Source: an uncultured delta proteobacterium | GTDB taxonomy: Bacteria > Myxococcota_A > Polyangia > Polyangiales > Polyangiaceae | Direction: 5' to 3' | Assembly: GCA_963806225.1 (NCBI GenBank) | Contig: CAWDXG010000004.1 | Coordinates: forward strand, 1,728,001-1,792,000 | Length of the DNA: 64,000 bases | Shown here: positions 61,163 to 64,000 of the stretch, in pieces | How the letters are laid out: each line of letters begins with the position of its first letter | How positions within the stretch are numbered: the stretch's first letter is position 1 | Translations under genes and position numbers: made by a program | Notes under the pieces: generated by a model | What the model saw: only the letters and a program-made list of their open reading frames with translations | Databases searched by the model: none | Told to the model about the DNA's origin: nothing

Positions 61163-63349
61163 TACGTGAGCATCGCGTAGAAGATCGCAGCGGCCAGGAG
61201 CAGGCCGATGATGATGGCGGCGATGCCGAAGGGGTTGATGATGATCTTCCACCTCGGCCATTCGCCTACGGCCACCGTGTCGTCCAGCTCGCCTTGCTTC
61301 TCCATGCGCTCGTAGAGCGCGGCGCGCTCGTGGCGGAGCTCTTCTTCCGTGATGTGTCCGGAGAACATCACCGGGTCGTATGGGAACTTCTGCGGCCGGA
61401 AGTGGCTGTTGAAGAAGTGGAACACGAAGATGAAGCCCGCCGCCAGCAGCGCCTCGTCGCTGTGGATCACGTGCGCCACGTTGATCACCCAGCCGGGCAG
61501 CACATGGGTCACGACCGCGGGGAACCACAGGACAAGCCCCGACGCCCCGATCATCGCAACGCCCCAGAAGACCGCCATGTAGTCGAACTTCTCCCAGTAC
61601 GTGAAGCGGTCGAACTGTGGCCTTTCACCCAGGCCCACGAACCACTTCATGTGCGCCCAGAACGTCCTTGAAATCCTGCCAGCGCGGGACCGGCGAATCC
61701 GGTCCGAACACCACACTAAAGAGCCGCCGCCAGCTGACGTGACCCTTGTCGTTCAGGTACTTGTCGCGGTTCCTGCGTAGCAGCACGAACAGGCTACCGA
61801 GGTGGAGCGCGAAGTACGCGATCGTCACGATCGCCGCGAAGCGATGCACGCTGCCGGCCACCGACGCGCCGCCCATCAGGCGGAAGAATGCGTGCGCCCA
61901 GGGCGTCGTGTGGTAGCGGAGCGGCATTCCCGTCGCGACCAGCGTCAGGAAGCTCGTGAACACGAGCAAGTGGACGAAGCGGTCCACAGGTCGGAAGCGC
62001 TGATACAGCCGCGCCCCCTTTTCTTCGCGCGCGCGCCGCTTCTCCTCGCGGAACGCTTCCGGGTCGCGCGAGCGCGCTACCAGGGAGCGGATGAACCAGA
62101 GCAGGGTGTGGAAACCGAAGAAGCCGAACACCCCCAGCAAGAGCGCCGTCATGGCGACGTAGGTCCAGTGGACCTTCGGGTAGTGCACCCCGTCGCTCGG
62201 GTCGGCGTGTGCCATGTAGCCGGCGAACTTCGCCGGTGCGCCCGCGTGGCACTTCCGGCAGGTGTTGATGCGGTTCTTCGCCGAAAGCGTGGATGCGGCG
62301 TTGGTGGACGGCAGGATGTCGTGCTGCCCGTGGCAGTCGTTGCACGAAGCGACGGCGACCGCGCCCAGGGCGTGCGCCTGCCCGTGGTACGTATCCATGT
62401 AGCGCTTGAGCCGATCCTCGTGGCAGCTGCCGCAGATCTGGTCGCTGGCCAGCTTGAAGTCCGGGCCCGGCATGACGATGGAATGCGCCGTGTGGCACGT
62501 CTCGCAGGTGGGCGGCGTCTTGCCCTTGCTCACCTCCGAGATGCCGGCGGAAAGCTCCTTTTTGCCGATCCTGGTCGCGCCGGCGGAGCCCAGCTTGACC
62601 CCCTTCTTTGCCGCCTCCGCGCGGAGCGCCTGACCGTGGATGCCTTCGAGATACTTCTCCTTGGGGCCCGTGTGACAGCGGCCGCAGGTTTCCACGATGT
62701 TGTAGCGATTGACCGCGGATCGGGGATCGCTGGCCTTGTAGATGTCGTGCGCCTTGCCGTGGCAGTCCGCGCAGGATGGGGCGACCAAGAGCCCCTGCAC
62801 GACCAGCGCCTGGCCGTGAATACTTTCGAAGTACAGTTGGCCCGCGTACGGGCGCTTGATCCCGAGCTGCTTGGCGAGCTCCGGATTGGCGTGGCATTGG
62901 CCGCAGGTGAGCGGCGTGTTCCGCGGCGAGACCCGCGAGCGGACGTTGCTCGCCGGGCGGACGTCGTGTGCGCCGTGGCAGTTGTCACACCTGGCAGCGC
63001 GATGATTGCCGTTCTTGCGCGCCGTACCGTGAACGCTCTTCAGGTAGGCCTGGGTTTCCTGCGCGTGACACGAGCCGGCGCAATGCGCCTTGCCGGGCTT
63101 GGTTCCCTGCGCAGGCGCGTGACAGTCCGAACAGTCCAGCTTCGAGTGGACCGACGCCTTCAGCGCGTCGCGCACCTTGGCCGGATTCGTCACGACGGGC
63201 CCGGGCGCCAGCACCGGCACCTTGACCTTGCCCTCCTCGGGCTGCCGCTCGGCGGCCTGGAAGCGGCCGCAGCCGACCGTGAGCGCGATCCCCGACAGGA
63301 TCACGCAGCAGAGCGCCAGGACTCGGTTCGTTTTCATCGCCTGCCTCAT
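61162..63349 (-). CDS. Multiheme cytochrome c / cytochrome b fusion (CbcL-like), +1 frameshift near 61663
   Basis: 9 CxxCH + 1 CX3CH, then an FdhC-type cytochrome b (RFVHLL, VHRFAA, FDRFTYWEKFDYMAVFWG, IHSDEALLA, VFHFFNSH). Removing one base gives DFKDFWAHMKWF. Confidence 0.9.
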
Positions 63350-63364
63350 TCCCCCGTGCGAGAT

Positions 63365-64000
63365 TCACTTCTCGTGGCAGTCCTTGCACTCGCGCGCCGG
63401 CCGCTTGCCGGACGCGTGGCACTGGTAGCACATCACCTTGTCGTGCCCTTTGATATCCAGGTGTTCCTTGGGCATCTTCCAGGGATGCCACTCGGGGAAC
63501 GGCTCGGCGGGCGGCTGTCCCAGCGGCGTCACCGTGCCGCGCTCCGGCATGGTGTGGCACGTCGAGTCGCACTTGTTGGGCAGCACCTTGCCGCTCTTCG
63601 TCATGTGCTTTCCATCATGACAGCGGAAGCACCCCGGCCAGTCGCGATGACCGATGTTGACGGGATACGATCGCCAGTCGACCTTCATCTTCGGAAAGAC
63701 GCCGTGATCGTAGATCGAGATGACCACGTCGATGGTCTTGTCGATGGCCTTCTTCCGTTTCTGGAGGATCTCGGGATACTTCTCCCGGTAGAACCCACGG
63801 ATGTACGCACGGATACCGGCATGCGCGTCCTCGGTTCCGTCGTACTTGCGGAACACTGAATCGACCGCGACCTTCTTGATCCAGGGCAGGTCGGTCGGGA
63901 TCTGTCCCCGGAGGAGCGCCTGATCGACACGGAAGTCGGGGTTCTTGAAGTCGTGCGCGGGCCGGTTGTGGCAGTCCATGCAGTCCATGGTGTGCCTCGG
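63365..64000 (-). CDS. C-terminal part of an ImcH-like multiheme cytochrome; 5' end lies outside the window
   Basis: MDCMDCHNRPAH...LPWIKK...VFPKMKVDWRSYPVNIGH...GCFRCHD...CDSTCH, plus an extension with CYQCH and CKDCH. Confidence 0.82.
   Translation of the reverse strand, partial: PRHTMDCMDCHNRPAHDFKNPDFRVDQALLRGQIPTDLPWIKKVAVDSVFRKYDGTEDAHAGIRAYIRGFYREKYPEILQKRKKAIDKTIDVVISIYDHGVFPKMKVDWRSYPVNIGHRDWPGCFRCHDGKHMTKSGKVLPNKCDSTCHTMPERGTVTPLGQPPAEPFPEWHPWKMPKEHLDIKGHDKVMCYQCHASGKRPARECKDCHEK

Overview
Very GC-rich bacterial DNA that looks myxobacterial, probably Polyangia-like: there are many Gly-linker/Cys-rich lipoproteins, MYXO-CTERM-like tails, Ser/Thr kinases and PAS hybrid kinases. It holds about 46 CDS and one tRNA-Arg(CCT). 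I saw no rRNA, CRISPR array, intact integrase or transposase. The left two-thirds is mixed housekeeping and accessory content: fatty-acid oxidation enzyme, phospholipase C, ftsH-usp-P-type ATPase, trxA, ABC-F, a CorE-like ECF sigma factor near a CDF exporter, and a traA/traB-like pair. The right 20 kb is a multiheme cytochrome island with about 62 heme-binding motifs. It encodes a nonaheme lipoprotein, an MtrC/OmcA-type decaheme, a porin plus 12-heme and 15-heme proteins, and CbcL-like and ImcH-like inner-membrane proteins, which together resemble a complete extracellular electron transfer conduit. Two uncharacterised modules sit inside the island. One is a three-gene operon: a Tat/lipoprotein-like protein with six [GT]VAAxx[FY] cores, a ferritin-like diiron enzyme and an AMMECR1-alpha/alpha-barrel fusion, a candidate peptide-modification system. 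The other is a Ca-EGF-domain lipoprotein carrying the AspH target consensus, directly followed by an Asp/Asn beta-hydroxylase gene. Five single-base frameshifts in four otherwise intact genes look like long-read consensus errors. All family calls come from motif recognition by eye; no searches were run.
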